Positions 28,445 through 38,732 are shown, counted from the first letter of the stretch. The stretch: 64,000 nt of DNA from Akkermansiaceae bacterium (GCA_051251915.1 JBPOGF010000005.1:1-64000); one strand, 5' to 3'. Numbers and translations: made by a program. Notes: generated by a model from the letters alone, not told the origin.

Positions 28445-29500
28445 ATGTCAATTAATCAAACCAATTATCTAGCAGCGCTGGCAGGTATTACTTTTTTTAC
28501 TCTCGCTACTTTTTCGAAAGTTTGCGGGCAGAGTTTTATTGCTCCTGAGCAATCTGTGGTGGAGAAGTTTGAGAGGCAGATGATTCAGCAGCTCTTGAAA
28601 GAGGATATTTTTGATTATAAGAAACGTGATGAGGAACCTTACCAAAAGAAAATCCGTGAGTTTTTTGCTGGACTCAAGAGTGGTGAAATGCGGATGGAGG
28701 CGATAAGTATGTTAGATTCGCGATATGTCTACATTGCTAATCGAGAGTTGGCTGCAGAGTTGCTTGGGCCGCTTATTCGTGATGCTGATGAATCAGTGCG
28801 GGCACGTGCTGCCAAGGCTATTGGTTATAATCGTTGTGCTGTGAAGTATTCCAAGGAACTGATTGCTTTACTTGATGGTGAACCTGATCAGGAAACTCTG
28901 ATTAATGTAGCCTATGCGATGGGAAGCTCGGAGCATCAGGCTTTTGTGCCACACTTGGAGACAATGCTTTCGCATGCGAATTCACGGGTGCGTGCTGGTG
29001 CTGCAAACGCTCTCGCCTACCTAGCTCCAGATAGAGCCTTTAACCACCAGCTGCGGCTGCTAGAGGACAAAGATCCTTGGGTGAGGAAGGCGGCTGTTAG
29101 GAATATCTCACGCACTCCAGGAAACGCCACGGTTACCTTTTTGGTGAAGATGTTAGAGGATGAGGAACCCGCGGTCCGTGAACAAGCGGTGCGCTCGCTA
29201 GGAGAAATGAAAGCGGCGAGTTCGGCGGATGCTCTGAAAGAATGTTTGTCCGATATGAATCATGGTGTCCGTTATCAGGCCACTCTCGCGCTTGGAGAGA
29301 TAAAGCAGCACGCTCAACATGTGGCTCGACTGCTTAATGATGAGAATGTGGTGGCGCGTCGCGGGGCAACGATCGCTATGGGGTTGATGGGAGAATCTCG
29401 CTACATCGAGAACCTTCGTCCTCTTCTGAGTGATGAAGACGAGCAGGTGAGAAATGCTGCTAAGAAATCCATTAGCCAACTTGAAGCGCTCACTCCTTAA
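28445..29500 (+). CDS. HEAT repeat protein
   Basis: Repeated L.D....VR..AA..LG units. Confidence 0.9.
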   Translation: MSINQTNYLAALAGITFFTLATFSKVCGQSFIAPEQSVVEKFERQMIQQLLKEDIFDYKKRDEEPYQKKIREFFAGLKSGEMRMEAISMLDSRYVYIANRELAAELLGPLIRDADESVRARAAKAIGYNRCAVKYSKELIALLDGEPDQETLINVAYAMGSSEHQAFVPHLETMLSHANSRVRAGAANALAYLAPDRAFNHQLRLLEDKDPWVRKAAVRNISRTPGNATVTFLVKMLEDEEPAVREQAVRSLGEMKAASSADALKECLSDMNHGVRYQATLALGEIKQHAQHVARLLNDENVVARRGATIAMGLMGESRYIENLRPLLSDEDEQVRNAAKKSISQLEALTP

Positions 29501-29583
29501 TTGCTCTAGATTGCTTTGAATTCTCTTTATCCTTGTGATCTCACAGTCTGGATTCATTCTGAGAGGAATAAAAACTCAAATTT

Positions 29584-29943
29584 ATGAAACTAAGTTTATC
29601 TGGTAAAAAAGTGGCAGCAACTGAAGAGCTCATTCAAAAAGTGGTTCATGATCAGGGCTATCGCGATGAGTTCTTCATACTGATCAATGATGAGAATGAA
29701 TATGTATATTTACAAGCAACGGGTCCAAATGAGGCGTTGCATGTCGAATACAGAGATGGGGTCTCAGAGGATGATCATTTCGTATGCACTTCACAGTTAT
29801 CATGTGATGAGCTTGAGCAACTCTGTCTGAGTTATTTCAAGGGAGATGTTTCGGCGTTACAGAACTATGAGTGGTGCCGTATCGCTGATTACAATCGTGA
29901 TGGTGGTGGTGGTGTTGGCGGATGGAGTATTAGTGGTTTATAG
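29584..29943 (+). CDS. hypothetical protein
   Basis: YLQA..HVEYRDG...HF pattern, 119 aa. Confidence 0.65.
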   Translation: MKLSLSGKKVAATEELIQKVVHDQGYRDEFFILINDENEYVYLQATGPNEALHVEYRDGVSEDDHFVCTSQLSCDELEQLCLSYFKGDVSALQNYEWCRIADYNRDGGGGVGGWSISGL

Positions 29944-29975
29944 AATTAACTATTTTTAGGACTCAGTTTACTTAC

Positions 29976-30206
29976 GGCAACCTCCAGCAACCCTCGTCAC
30001 CGGCGTGGGATGGGATTTGTATGAGATATGTATGGGTTAGTGGCATTGCATGCGATTAAAAAGGAAAACCACCCTGCGGGCTGTGAAGCATTGCAGTGCC
30101 TGCCTTCGTTGCTCTTCAGTTACGGAAAATTTCCGCGCCTTCATCGCGCCTTGACATGCACTACAATGCTCCACAGCGTCGTCAACGCTGGTTGCCGGAG
30201 GTCGCC
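29976..30206. mobile_element. 231-bp MITE, family B, with a 4-bp target duplication
   Basis: TIRs GGCAACCTCCAGCAACC / GGTTGCCGGAGGTCGCC (15/17); TTAC directly repeated at 29972-29975 and 30207-30210. Confidence 0.85.
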
Positions 30207-30904
30207 TTACTCTTTTCTAAGGGGAGGATGGAGGCGTTTTTGAACTGTACTTTCATGGTTAGTTTGTCATGCATTTGGATGCCGATGATGCCTTCTGGTG
30301 AGCGTTTTGGGTCGTTGTCTGTGTAGTCTAGGACTTTTTCTCCGTTGAGCCAATATTGGAGGCGGTTGCCTTTTGCGAGGATGGTGTAGCGGTTCCAGTC
30401 ACCGGACTTGTAGAGCTGTTTCATTTGTTCTGGGTCTGTTTTGATACGTAGTGATGGGCGGGCGTACCAGTCTCCTAGTGAGCCGTTGTTCTTGGTGCCC
30501 ATATCGACGTCAAATTCGTATCCTGAGGGGGCTTGGTAGGTGGTTTTTGTTTTACGCCAGGTGAAGTTGAATGGTTTTACGCGGTAGTAGATGCCGGAGT
30601 TGGCTTTGGGGCCATCGCTGACTTTGATGTCTGCGGTGAAGATGAAGTCGCGGAAGCTTTGTTTGGTGTAGATCCATTCTGGTTTATCGAGCTTTTTGCC
30701 TTTGGTGTCGCCGGTGATGATTCCGTCTGAGATGACCCAGCGGTCTGAGGGCACTGTCCAGCCCTTGAAGGTATCTTTGGCGATGAGGGTGATGGCTTTA
30801 TCACCTTTTACTTGGGGTTCAGGGTCGTTTGCCGTCGGCTTAGCGGTGACGAGGCTCGCAGTGATGACGATGAAGTTTAGAATTAGACAAAGCGGTTTTT
30901 TCAT
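30182..30904 (-). CDS. DUF1080 / 3-keto-disaccharide hydrolase family protein
   Basis: FKGW, W.ISDGII, NSGIYYR, WNRYTI, G.IGIQMH..VQFKN; start uncertain. Confidence 0.88.
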   Translation of the reverse strand: MKKPLCLILNFIVITASLVTAKPTANDPEPQVKGDKAITLIAKDTFKGWTVPSDRWVISDGIITGDTKGKKLDKPEWIYTKQSFRDFIFTADIKVSDGPKANSGIYYRVKPFNFTWRKTKTTYQAPSGYEFDVDMGTKNNGSLGDWYARPSLRIKTDPEQMKQLYKSGDWNRYTILAKGNRLQYWLNGEKVLDYTDNDPKRSPEGIIGIQMHDKLTMKVQFKNASILPLEKSKATSGNQR

Positions 30905-31073
30905 AATGTAACTCATATCTTGAATGAGAGGAGGTGTCAAATGTGGGTGTTATGATCAGATGTTATTCATTGTTGCTGGGTGCGGATTCCTGGACCAGTT
31001 ATCAGCAGTGGAAGTAGAAGAGTAGAAGCTGGTTGTTTGTCAGAATTATGGTAGTTTTTTTTAAATCACGATT

Positions 31074-31895
31074 ATGAAAATTCCATCGATTATTACTTCA
31101 AGTCTAGTGCTTATGATTACAGGCGTTCTCTTGCAGGCTTGTCCTGTCTTAGATAAGCCGGATAGGGGTGTTAAGGTTGCTAGTGTGTTGTTGAGTGAGG
31201 GATTTGATGGGGATCTGCGAAGTGGGCTGGCGAAGCGGTTGATAGGGCATAAGCATGTGACGCTGGCGAAGGGTGGAGGTAAGGATTCGACTGATGGGAT
31301 ACGGGTGGCTTATGTGGGTTATGGGCGGGGGAGTGAGCGGGTGGTGATGCGTTATCCGCTAGGTAAAAAAGTGAAGGAGGCGACGTTGTCTTTTGACGTG
31401 AAATTTGATGAAAAGTTTCAGTGGGTGTTGGGTGGTAAGCTGCATGGTTTAGGTCCCAAGTCTCCGGTGACGGGTGGGGAAGAGCGGCATCCGGAGCGCT
31501 GGAGTGCGCGTATGATGTTTAAGAGCAAAGGAAGATGTCAACCTTACCTCTACGATCAAGATGAGACGAAGAAGTGGGGCGTTGGTCAGCCGACTGAGAA
31601 GCCGGTATTTAACGCTGGTCAGTGGCATCATGTGGTGTTTCAGGTGCGATTGAATGATCTAGGGAAATCCAATGGTCTCGCACGAGTATTCATCGATAAA
31701 CAATTGGTGTTAGAACATGCGAATGTGGAGTTCCGTGGAGCGGATGGGGTGGAGACACAGATCCAGCAGTTTCTTTTTAGCACGTTTCATGGTGGGCACA
31801 CGGCGAAATGGTCACCGGTGGATGCTGAAGGTAAGTTTACGACTGTGTATGCTTACTACGATAATTTTGTGGTGAGGAAAGGGCTGCAAAAATGA
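31074..31895 (+). CDS. polysaccharide lyase (PL14-like)
   Basis: FDVKFDEKFQWVLGGKLHGL, WSARMMF, FSTFHGG. Confidence 0.8.
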   Translation: MKIPSIITSSLVLMITGVLLQACPVLDKPDRGVKVASVLLSEGFDGDLRSGLAKRLIGHKHVTLAKGGGKDSTDGIRVAYVGYGRGSERVVMRYPLGKKVKEATLSFDVKFDEKFQWVLGGKLHGLGPKSPVTGGEERHPERWSARMMFKSKGRCQPYLYDQDETKKWGVGQPTEKPVFNAGQWHHVVFQVRLNDLGKSNGLARVFIDKQLVLEHANVEFRGADGVETQIQQFLFSTFHGGHTAKWSPVDAEGKFTTVYAYYDNFVVRKGLQK

Positions 31896-32010
31896 TGCTC
31901 TTTAAGTCTATGTATCAGTGTCAGGTCAGTATCAGTCAAAATGAGGATTGAATGTGTGGCCTGGAAATAGGAGAGTGGGGAGATCCATCAACTAACAACG
32001 TAATTCTATT

Positions 32011-33552
32011 ATGAAAATAAAGATTTCTATACTCACCAGCAGTTTGCTTTTAGCGGGGTGGAGCTTTGGACAGAATGTTCAGGCGGGGGAGGTGAGGCAA
32101 CCGAATGTGATTTTTTTGAAGACGGATGATCAGCGGTATGATTCGCTTTCTATGACTGGGCATCCGGTGACTGAGACGCCGAATATTGACCTCTTAGCGG
32201 AGGAGGGAGTTTTCTTTAATAAGGCATTTATTACTAGTCCGATTTGTGGTCCTAGTAGGGCAAACTTTTTCACGGCGCAGTGGGAGCGGAAGAATCGTCA
32301 GGGGTTCACGATGCTGTCTAAAAACCATATTTCAGAAGCGCTCTTTGATAACAGCTGGCAGATGAAGTTGAAGGCTGCGGGGTATTTTACTGGGTATATA
32401 GGTAAGCATCATGCGAAGATTGGGAATGGTAAGAGGAAGAATGCTTACATGAAGGAGAATATTGATTTCTGTTATCTTCATGAGGGGCATTTGGGATTCA
32501 ATCTGCATAAGAAGAAGGTCTTCCAGAACTTGAAACATTCGTCACAGATTGAGGGGCTTTATGAAGCTTCTGCGGTGTTCTTGAGCCCGGGAAATGATAA
32601 GCAATATTTCTTTGAAAATGCTGATGCTTCGGTGAGGAATTTCCTCATGGATAGAGACCAGACCAAGCCATTTGCTTTGTCTATTAATTTGAACCTGCCG
32701 CATGCTTCTAGCATTGGTGGGATGGGGAAGGAAGAGTCTGATCCTGAGATGTATAGGAGCCTTTATAACGATAAGAAGGATCAGTTCCTGTTTCCTAAGG
32801 GCTATCCATTTGCGGCTACGACCTTGCCGGATAGTGTCTTCGCGACGTCGGATTTGATGGGGTATTATGGCGTTTCGAATGAGAAGAAATTGCTCGATAA
32901 AAAGATCAAGATGGCGCGTGCGGTTGCGGGGATAGATCTGATGGTGGGGAAGCTGCGAGAGGAGTTGAAGAAGATGAAGGTCGAGGATAATACGATCATT
33001 GTTTTCGCTTCGGATCACGGCTTGTTGCTGGGTGAGCATGGTTTGGGCGGGAAGACGTTTTTGTATGAGGAGTCGATCCAGATTCCGATGATTATTTACT
33101 CACCTAGCTTCTGTGAATCTGAGCGAGGGAAGAAGATAGATCAGCTTGTGGTAGGGCAAGATATACCACCGACGATTCTTGAGCTTTGTGGCATAGAAAC
33201 ACCGGATACGTATCAGGGTGTCAGTACCTTACCTCTGATCAAGGGAGAGGATGTGGTGTGGCGCAATGACATCTTCTGTGAGAATCTTTTCACGATGCAG
33301 GGGTATCCTCGGATGGAGGCTGTGAGAGGCGAGAAATGGAAATACATTCGCTATTTTTCCAAGGAGAATGACCGGGACAAATACCTGCCAGACGCATCGA
33401 TCAATGGTGAGAAGGCTGTGTATGAGGAGCTGTTTGATCTGGAGAGTGATCCTAAGGAGAGCAATAATTTAGCGGGTGATAAGAAGTATGCTGAAGTGTT
33501 GAAGAAACAGAGAAAACGTTGCCAGGAATTGGTGGTGGAGATGGCGAAGTAG
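32011..33552 (+). CDS. Cys-type sulfatase
   Basis: PNVIFLKTDDQR, CGPSRA, IGKHH, SDHG, GKTFLYEES. Confidence 0.92.
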   Translation: MKIKISILTSSLLLAGWSFGQNVQAGEVRQPNVIFLKTDDQRYDSLSMTGHPVTETPNIDLLAEEGVFFNKAFITSPICGPSRANFFTAQWERKNRQGFTMLSKNHISEALFDNSWQMKLKAAGYFTGYIGKHHAKIGNGKRKNAYMKENIDFCYLHEGHLGFNLHKKKVFQNLKHSSQIEGLYEASAVFLSPGNDKQYFFENADASVRNFLMDRDQTKPFALSINLNLPHASSIGGMGKEESDPEMYRSLYNDKKDQFLFPKGYPFAATTLPDSVFATSDLMGYYGVSNEKKLLDKKIKMARAVAGIDLMVGKLREELKKMKVEDNTIIVFASDHGLLLGEHGLGGKTFLYEESIQIPMIIYSPSFCESERGKKIDQLVVGQDIPPTILELCGIETPDTYQGVSTLPLIKGEDVVWRNDIFCENLFTMQGYPRMEAVRGEKWKYIRYFSKENDRDKYLPDASINGEKAVYEELFDLESDPKESNNLAGDKKYAEVLKKQRKRCQELVVEMAK

Positions 33553-33803
33553 TGGGCTGTTTTGGTTGTGTGGTTGAGAGAGGTGAATCATGGAGGGGCA
33601 ATACTAGCCGTGATAAAATTCAGTGGCTAGTTCTCGATTTAGGGGTATCAGGTTAGTGACTTTAGTCTTTTTCAGTGACGTCTTGCGGCATGAATGTTAT
33701 TGGTAAAATGTCAGGGTGGATCAGTGGTCAGTTTTTAATTACCCTCGCTCATCTCTAGCGTGTCGGCTAGTGTCGTTATAAATTTGTTGTTATGCTAATA
33801 AAT

Positions 33804-34238
33804 ATGAAGCCCAAGACTCCCATTATATTTGCCACAATCATCCTTATATTCCTGAGCTCTATTCTTGCCTACGCTGATAAGTCAGGACCTTTTTCTATTG
33901 GTATTTACAACACAAGAATACCTAACACAACGTTGATCGCCCAAAGCACGTATCAACAGAATATGAAGACTAAGGACCGTACTCATAATTGTGTCGTAGG
34001 CTATGAGAGAGATAAAGAGGACGGCACCGTATTCATCCCTATTATTGGGTTACCGCAATTAACCAATGATACTTACGTTATTAAATGTGAAAAGGGTGTG
34101 CTCAAGGTAACAACGACAAAGGATGCGAAGTTCATTATGTCGATAGATATCAGCTCCATCGCACCAACACTGATTAATGAAGATTTTGATGAAGCTAGGC
34201 AGATCAAAGAATCTAGGCAAAATTGGAACAAAAATTGA
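33804..34238 (+). CDS. hypothetical secreted protein
   Basis: Signal peptide; preceded by core-like GTTATGC. Confidence 0.65.
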   Translation: MKPKTPIIFATIILIFLSSILAYADKSGPFSIGIYNTRIPNTTLIAQSTYQQNMKTKDRTHNCVVGYERDKEDGTVFIPIIGLPQLTNDTYVIKCEKGVLKVTTTKDAKFIMSIDISSIAPTLINEDFDEARQIKESRQNWNKN

Positions 34239-34249
34239 AATTAACAAAA

Positions 34250-34966
34250 ATGATCAGATTCCGTACATTCTCAATCTTAACAGCGCTGCTATTTCCATTT
34301 ACGACGAGTGCACAGAGTACTTCGTTAGAACCAGCTGAGGGGTATTTCTCGAGTTACAACTTTTCTCACGAGTACCGCATTAAAGTTCGAAACATTCTCT
34401 TGAAGGGAATAAGTGATAAACCAGATGCCATGCTTGTGACTTTAGCTTCTTTCAGCCCTGAGACGGCCATTGTTCTGAGCGAGGGAGAACTGATAGAGTT
34501 GAAGTGCTCTAAGCAGATTTGGAACAATGATGCTCCTGAGAAAATCATAGTGAAAAAGCGGTCGATTCGCCTTTCCAAAGAGTTAGCAGAAGCTGTTCAA
34601 ACGTTGTGGTTTGATGCTTTGGGATCTACTAGATATTCCAATGAGAGAAGAGCGGGGCTTGATGGAGCCTCACATTATTTTACATCCTTCAGAGTGGGGC
34701 TGGGATTACGCGCTGCGAGGGCATGGTCACCTGCAGAGAAAAGCTTACCTTCAGAACTTCTTCGAGTCGCACACGAACTCATTAATCTTAAAGCTGGAGA
34801 ATCCAAAACAGAGAAGAAATTACTTTCAGAAGTTAGGGCTATACATGCCACAATAATCAAAAAAGAAAAGACCAGCGCTGACCAATCTGCTACCGCTTCA
34901 GAGGCGAAGTCAAAGGGCAGTTCACCCCCCCCTCAAAAACCTAAATCAGAGGAACGCTCCTATTAG
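34250..34966 (+). CDS. hypothetical secreted protein with an attC-derived C-terminal tail
   Basis: SLEP, SFSPE, GLDGASHYF..WSP motifs; low-complexity tail SADQSATASEAKS...PKSEERSY. Confidence 0.7.
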   Translation: MIRFRTFSILTALLFPFTTSAQSTSLEPAEGYFSSYNFSHEYRIKVRNILLKGISDKPDAMLVTLASFSPETAIVLSEGELIELKCSKQIWNNDAPEKIIVKKRSIRLSKELAEAVQTLWFDALGSTRYSNERRAGLDGASHYFTSFRVGLGLRAARAWSPAEKSLPSELLRVAHELINLKAGESKTEKKLLSEVRAIHATIIKKEKTSADQSATASEAKSKGSSPPPQKPKSEERSY

Positions 34967-35008
34967 TGGGAGAGTGATCTTTCACGATAGATTGAAATAG
35001 AAAGAAAA

Positions 35009-35437
35009 ATGACTCGGCGAAAGACTATATGGTTAATGATTGCTATCGCAGTTGTTGGCGGGGTTATTTTTTTGGGGTATCGAGTTCACCGCACTGTACG
35101 TGAGGCGTATGCTTCCGAGTGGGTTGCTGGGCATGTGATCCGATATATGGAGGCCAATAATGGTAGGTGGCCGGAACGTTGGGAAGATTTGAGACCGATC
35201 CATGATCAAGCAGTTTTGAAGAGCAGAGATGCTAGCTCTTGGTCATTTGAGATGCTTCAGCGTCACGTCATCGTGGATTGGAATGCTGATCCTGCAAAGC
35301 TCGTCAAGATTCCGAAGAGTTCTGGTTCTCCGCCTTTTCAAGTGATCCGTGGTCGTCATGGTGCTTATTGGTCTGGTATGGAACCGAATAGGCTTATCCA
35401 CGAATGGCTGCTTACCAATTTGGATTCATCACTGTAA
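35009..35437 (+). CDS. hypothetical membrane-anchored protein
   Basis: N-terminal TM, YMEANNGRWPERWEDL. Confidence 0.7.
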   Translation: MTRRKTIWLMIAIAVVGGVIFLGYRVHRTVREAYASEWVAGHVIRYMEANNGRWPERWEDLRPIHDQAVLKSRDASSWSFEMLQRHVIVDWNADPAKLVKIPKSSGSPPFQVIRGRHGAYWSGMEPNRLIHEWLLTNLDSSL

Positions 35438-35671
35438 AGGTGTTTTGTTGGGGCAAGGGCGATATATTGATGAACCGTCGCAGCCAGCTTTTCTCAGATG
35501 GACAGGGGGGGCTTCTTTTCATACCTTGTCTATTATTTCTGATACTTCCTTCTAACGAATAAACTGAGCGAACAAGATACGGGGATTAACGGTTAAGCTA
35601 CTTGTTGTGGTTCGATGTTGTGGAGGATTTTTTGCGTGCTAGGGGATGGGAAATCGTTTATGGCTTGTGGT

Positions 35672-36796
35672 ATGAATGATGAAATAAAGCGTAGACCATT
35701 TTTGAAGACATTGATAGGGGCGGGGGTGGCTTCGTCTATTGTGAAGGGACAGGAGGGTGAGAAGGCTGCTGCTGGTGGTTCTGATAAGCAAGGAAAGCAG
35801 GTGGGGTGGGCGCTGGTGGGGCTGAGTAGGCTGAGTCAGAACTCGATAGGGAAGGCTCTGGAGAAGACGGAGCATGCGAAGCTTACGGGGATAGTGACGG
35901 GGACGCCGGCTAAGGCTGAGGAGTGGCAGAAGAAGTATGGGGTGCCAGATAGTGGTGTTTATAATTACGATAATTTTGATGAGATCATCAATAATCCTGA
36001 CATCCAGGTGGTGTATATTGTGCTGCCTAATTCGCTGCATAAGGATTTTGCGATCAGGGCGGCTAAGGCTGGGAAGCATGTGTATGTGGAGAAGCCGATG
36101 GCGATAACTCCGGAAGACTGTAGGGAGATGATAGCGGCGTGTGATGAGGCTAAGGTGAAGTTGGGTGTGGCGTATCGGTTGCAGTTTGAGCCTCATCATG
36201 TGGAGGCGATGCGATTTGCTAGGGAGAAGGTATTTGGTGAGGTGATGCATATGGATGCTGGGTTTGGGTTCCATATGGGAGATCCTAATCAGTGGAGGCT
36301 GAAGAAGGCGATGGGTGGTGGTGCGATGTATGATGTGGGGGTTTATGTGATCCAGGCGGCGCGTTATATTTTTGATGAGGAGCCGGTGTCAGTGAGTGCG
36401 GTGGAAGCGAAGACGGATAAGGAGAAGTTTGCGGAGGTGGATGAGACGGTTACTTGGATGATGCAGTTTGCTTCTGGGAAGACGGCGAATCTCTTTACTT
36501 CCTTTAATCTGGGCGGGAATAATCATATGACGGTTTATGCGAAGAAGGGTAGGTTTGGGATCAAGCCTAGCTTTGGGACGCGAGGTCAGGCAGGGTGGAC
36601 TTCGAATCCAGATATACCTCTTTCCTTTCCGAAGACTGATCATTTTAAGGATCAGATCGATTTATTTTCTAAGGCGATTATAGATGGTAAGGACTGGGAG
36701 GTGGATGGCTCAGAGGGGCTGAAAGATCACTTGGTGATGGAGGCTGTGTTTAAGTCGATCGCTAGTGGGAAGGTGGAGATGGTGGGGAAGGCTTAG
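35672..36796 (+). CDS. Gfo/Idh/MocA oxidoreductase (glucose-fructose oxidoreductase-like), Tat signal
   Basis: RRPFLK twin-arginine, AGKHVYVEKPMA, GGGAMYDVGVY. Confidence 0.92.
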   Translation: MNDEIKRRPFLKTLIGAGVASSIVKGQEGEKAAAGGSDKQGKQVGWALVGLSRLSQNSIGKALEKTEHAKLTGIVTGTPAKAEEWQKKYGVPDSGVYNYDNFDEIINNPDIQVVYIVLPNSLHKDFAIRAAKAGKHVYVEKPMAITPEDCREMIAACDEAKVKLGVAYRLQFEPHHVEAMRFAREKVFGEVMHMDAGFGFHMGDPNQWRLKKAMGGGAMYDVGVYVIQAARYIFDEEPVSVSAVEAKTDKEKFAEVDETVTWMMQFASGKTANLFTSFNLGGNNHMTVYAKKGRFGIKPSFGTRGQAGWTSNPDIPLSFPKTDHFKDQIDLFSKAIIDGKDWEVDGSEGLKDHLVMEAVFKSIASGKVEMVGKA

Positions 36797-36815
36797 CCCA
36801 TCTGGCTTCAAAATT

Positions 36816-37121
36816 ATGCACCTATTTAACGTTTTCATTATTTCTGTACTTAGCAGCTTAGCAGTGTCTTCCTGTAGCAAAGAGGAGGCTAGTTCAGCTG
36901 CTAGTGAGGTGTCTATTCTGCCGGAGGATGGGGATGAATACACATACGAGGTTGGTGTGGTAGAAGTGGAGACAGTGTCTGAGGTAGTGGTGGACAGCAA
37001 GGTGGTTCCTCTGGAATCTAGGCCCGCAGGGAAGGCTATGCGAGCGCTGGTAGAGAGTCTAAGCGAGGAGGAAAAAGAAGCGATACCGGTTATTGAGCTA
37101 GATTCTGGTGATGGTGAGTAA
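36816..37121 (+). CDS. small acidic lipoprotein
   Basis: VSSC lipobox-like, acidic body. Confidence 0.5.
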   Translation: MHLFNVFIISVLSSLAVSSCSKEEASSAASEVSILPEDGDEYTYEVGVVEVETVSEVVVDSKVVPLESRPAGKAMRALVESLSEEEKEAIPVIELDSGDGE

Positions 37122-37166
37122 CTTTATGAAAAACTGAGTGAATAATCAGGGTAGATAGCGATAGAT

Positions 37167-37895
37167 ATGATGAAGAAAATGATACGAATGAAATTAGGAT
37201 GGGGTCTGATTTGTGGGTTGTTGTGCACGTATGGTGCTATGGGGCAAGAGGGGTTGGAGAAGGATGATGTGGTGGTGTTTCTGGGGGATTCTATTACTCA
37301 GGAGGGGGTGAGGCCTGGGAGTTATATTGATTTGACTGGTAAGACCATTGAGAAGGTTATGCCGGAGTTGAATATTGAGTTGGTGGGTGCTGGGGTGAGT
37401 GGGAATAAGGTTTCTAATTGTTTGAGGCGTCTAGACCGTGATGTGTTGAAGAAGGATCCGGATGTGGTGGTGATTTATATTGGGATTAATGATGTGTGGC
37501 ATTGGATTCATCCGTTGATTGTGAAGCGTGGGGGGAAGGGGACTAGTGCGGAGGATTTTGAGATGGGTTTGAAGTCTATGATCAAGCAGATTAATGATGT
37601 GGGGGCGCGGGTGATCTTGTGTACTCCTACGGTGATAGGGGAGAAGACTGATGGGTCTAATGAGATGGATAAGATGCTGGGTGAGTTTGCTGAGATTAGC
37701 CGTAAGGTTTCTCGGGAGTCCGGTTCTCAGTTGTTGGATTTGCGGAGGGAGTTTATTGATTATTTGAAGGAGCATAATCCTGAGAATGTTGAGAAGGGGA
37801 TACTTACGAGGGATGGGGTGCATCTGACGGATAGGGGTAATGTTTTCTTGTCTGGGTTGATGCTTGATGCGCTGAATGTGGGTGGTGGTGAGTAG
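37167..37895 (+). CDS. SGNH/GDSL hydrolase
   Basis: FLGDSIT, GVSGNK, IGIND, DGVH. Confidence 0.92.
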   Translation: MMKKMIRMKLGWGLICGLLCTYGAMGQEGLEKDDVVVFLGDSITQEGVRPGSYIDLTGKTIEKVMPELNIELVGAGVSGNKVSNCLRRLDRDVLKKDPDVVVIYIGINDVWHWIHPLIVKRGGKGTSAEDFEMGLKSMIKQINDVGARVILCTPTVIGEKTDGSNEMDKMLGEFAEISRKVSRESGSQLLDLRREFIDYLKEHNPENVEKGILTRDGVHLTDRGNVFLSGLMLDALNVGGGE

Positions 37896-37920
37896 GTTTT
37901 AGCTTTGGTATTTATTTAGT

Positions 37921-38196
37921 ATGGCGACTATTTCACGAGGGGTTCCTGGGGGGTGTTTGATAGGGCTGGGGGCGATTTTTTGCTTTATTTTTGCGTTGTT
38001 GGGAGCTTGGGGGATGTGGTTGTGGTTTGGTTTGCCGGATGATGAGCGTGTGTATAGTCGGTATTTCTGGACGATGTTGTCGGTGTTGGTTGGTGGTGTG
38101 TTGGGGGCGGTTGTGTTGTGCTTTTTTGCGGTGAGGATGGTGAGGGGGATGGATAGTGCGGGCGATAAGGATTATGAGCCTATGATTAGGTGGTAG
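37921..38196 (+). CDS. hypothetical membrane protein
   Basis: 2 TM segments. Confidence 0.55.
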   Translation: MATISRGVPGGCLIGLGAIFCFIFALLGAWGMWLWFGLPDDERVYSRYFWTMLSVLVGGVLGAVVLCFFAVRMVRGMDSAGDKDYEPMIRW

Positions 38197-38300
38197 GTGT
38201 GGTGGGTGGAGTGCAGGGGTATTTAGTAATTAGAGCGCCTATGGAGGTTTGTTATTCTCGGATCAGTTCTTTTGTGCTCTAGTGGAGTGGTTAAAACTTT

Positions 38301-38732
38301 ATGTGTACTCTTACTAAAAGTCTCTGGCATTGTCATCGAGTAGGAGCTCTTGGGGATGGGGGGGTATTTGGCGATCGTTATCTGGCTGTTGTTCCTGAGG
38401 AGAAGTGTGTTTTTATGATTCTTCCTATGAGGATAGGAAATGGATCAAAGGTAAGGATTGTGGCTTTTAGTATCTGGTATGAGATGGTGATGGAGCAAGA
38501 ATTACGTATATCTCTTATCAAGCGGGGAGGTTCGCGCTGGACGAAGGTATTCTATCGTGAAGAGGATGATTTTTTGCAGTGGTCGGAGCCTAGAAATGGT
38601 GAGTTTTTTAATATGTTTGGTAGTAAGGTTGATTGGGGGTTTCTTGATGGGGAGTATTTGGTGAGGTTTGAGGAGGCATTAGAACGTGCTAGGAAGATAA
38701 AACTTCATAATGTGGAGAGAGGAATGGGATAG
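38301..38732 (+). CDS. hypothetical protein (start uncertain)
   Basis: ORF only. Confidence 0.35.
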   Translation: MCTLTKSLWHCHRVGALGDGGVFGDRYLAVVPEEKCVFMILPMRIGNGSKVRIVAFSIWYEMVMEQELRISLIKRGGSRWTKVFYREEDDFLQWSEPRNGEFFNMFGSKVDWGFLDGEYLVRFEEALERARKIKLHNVERGMG

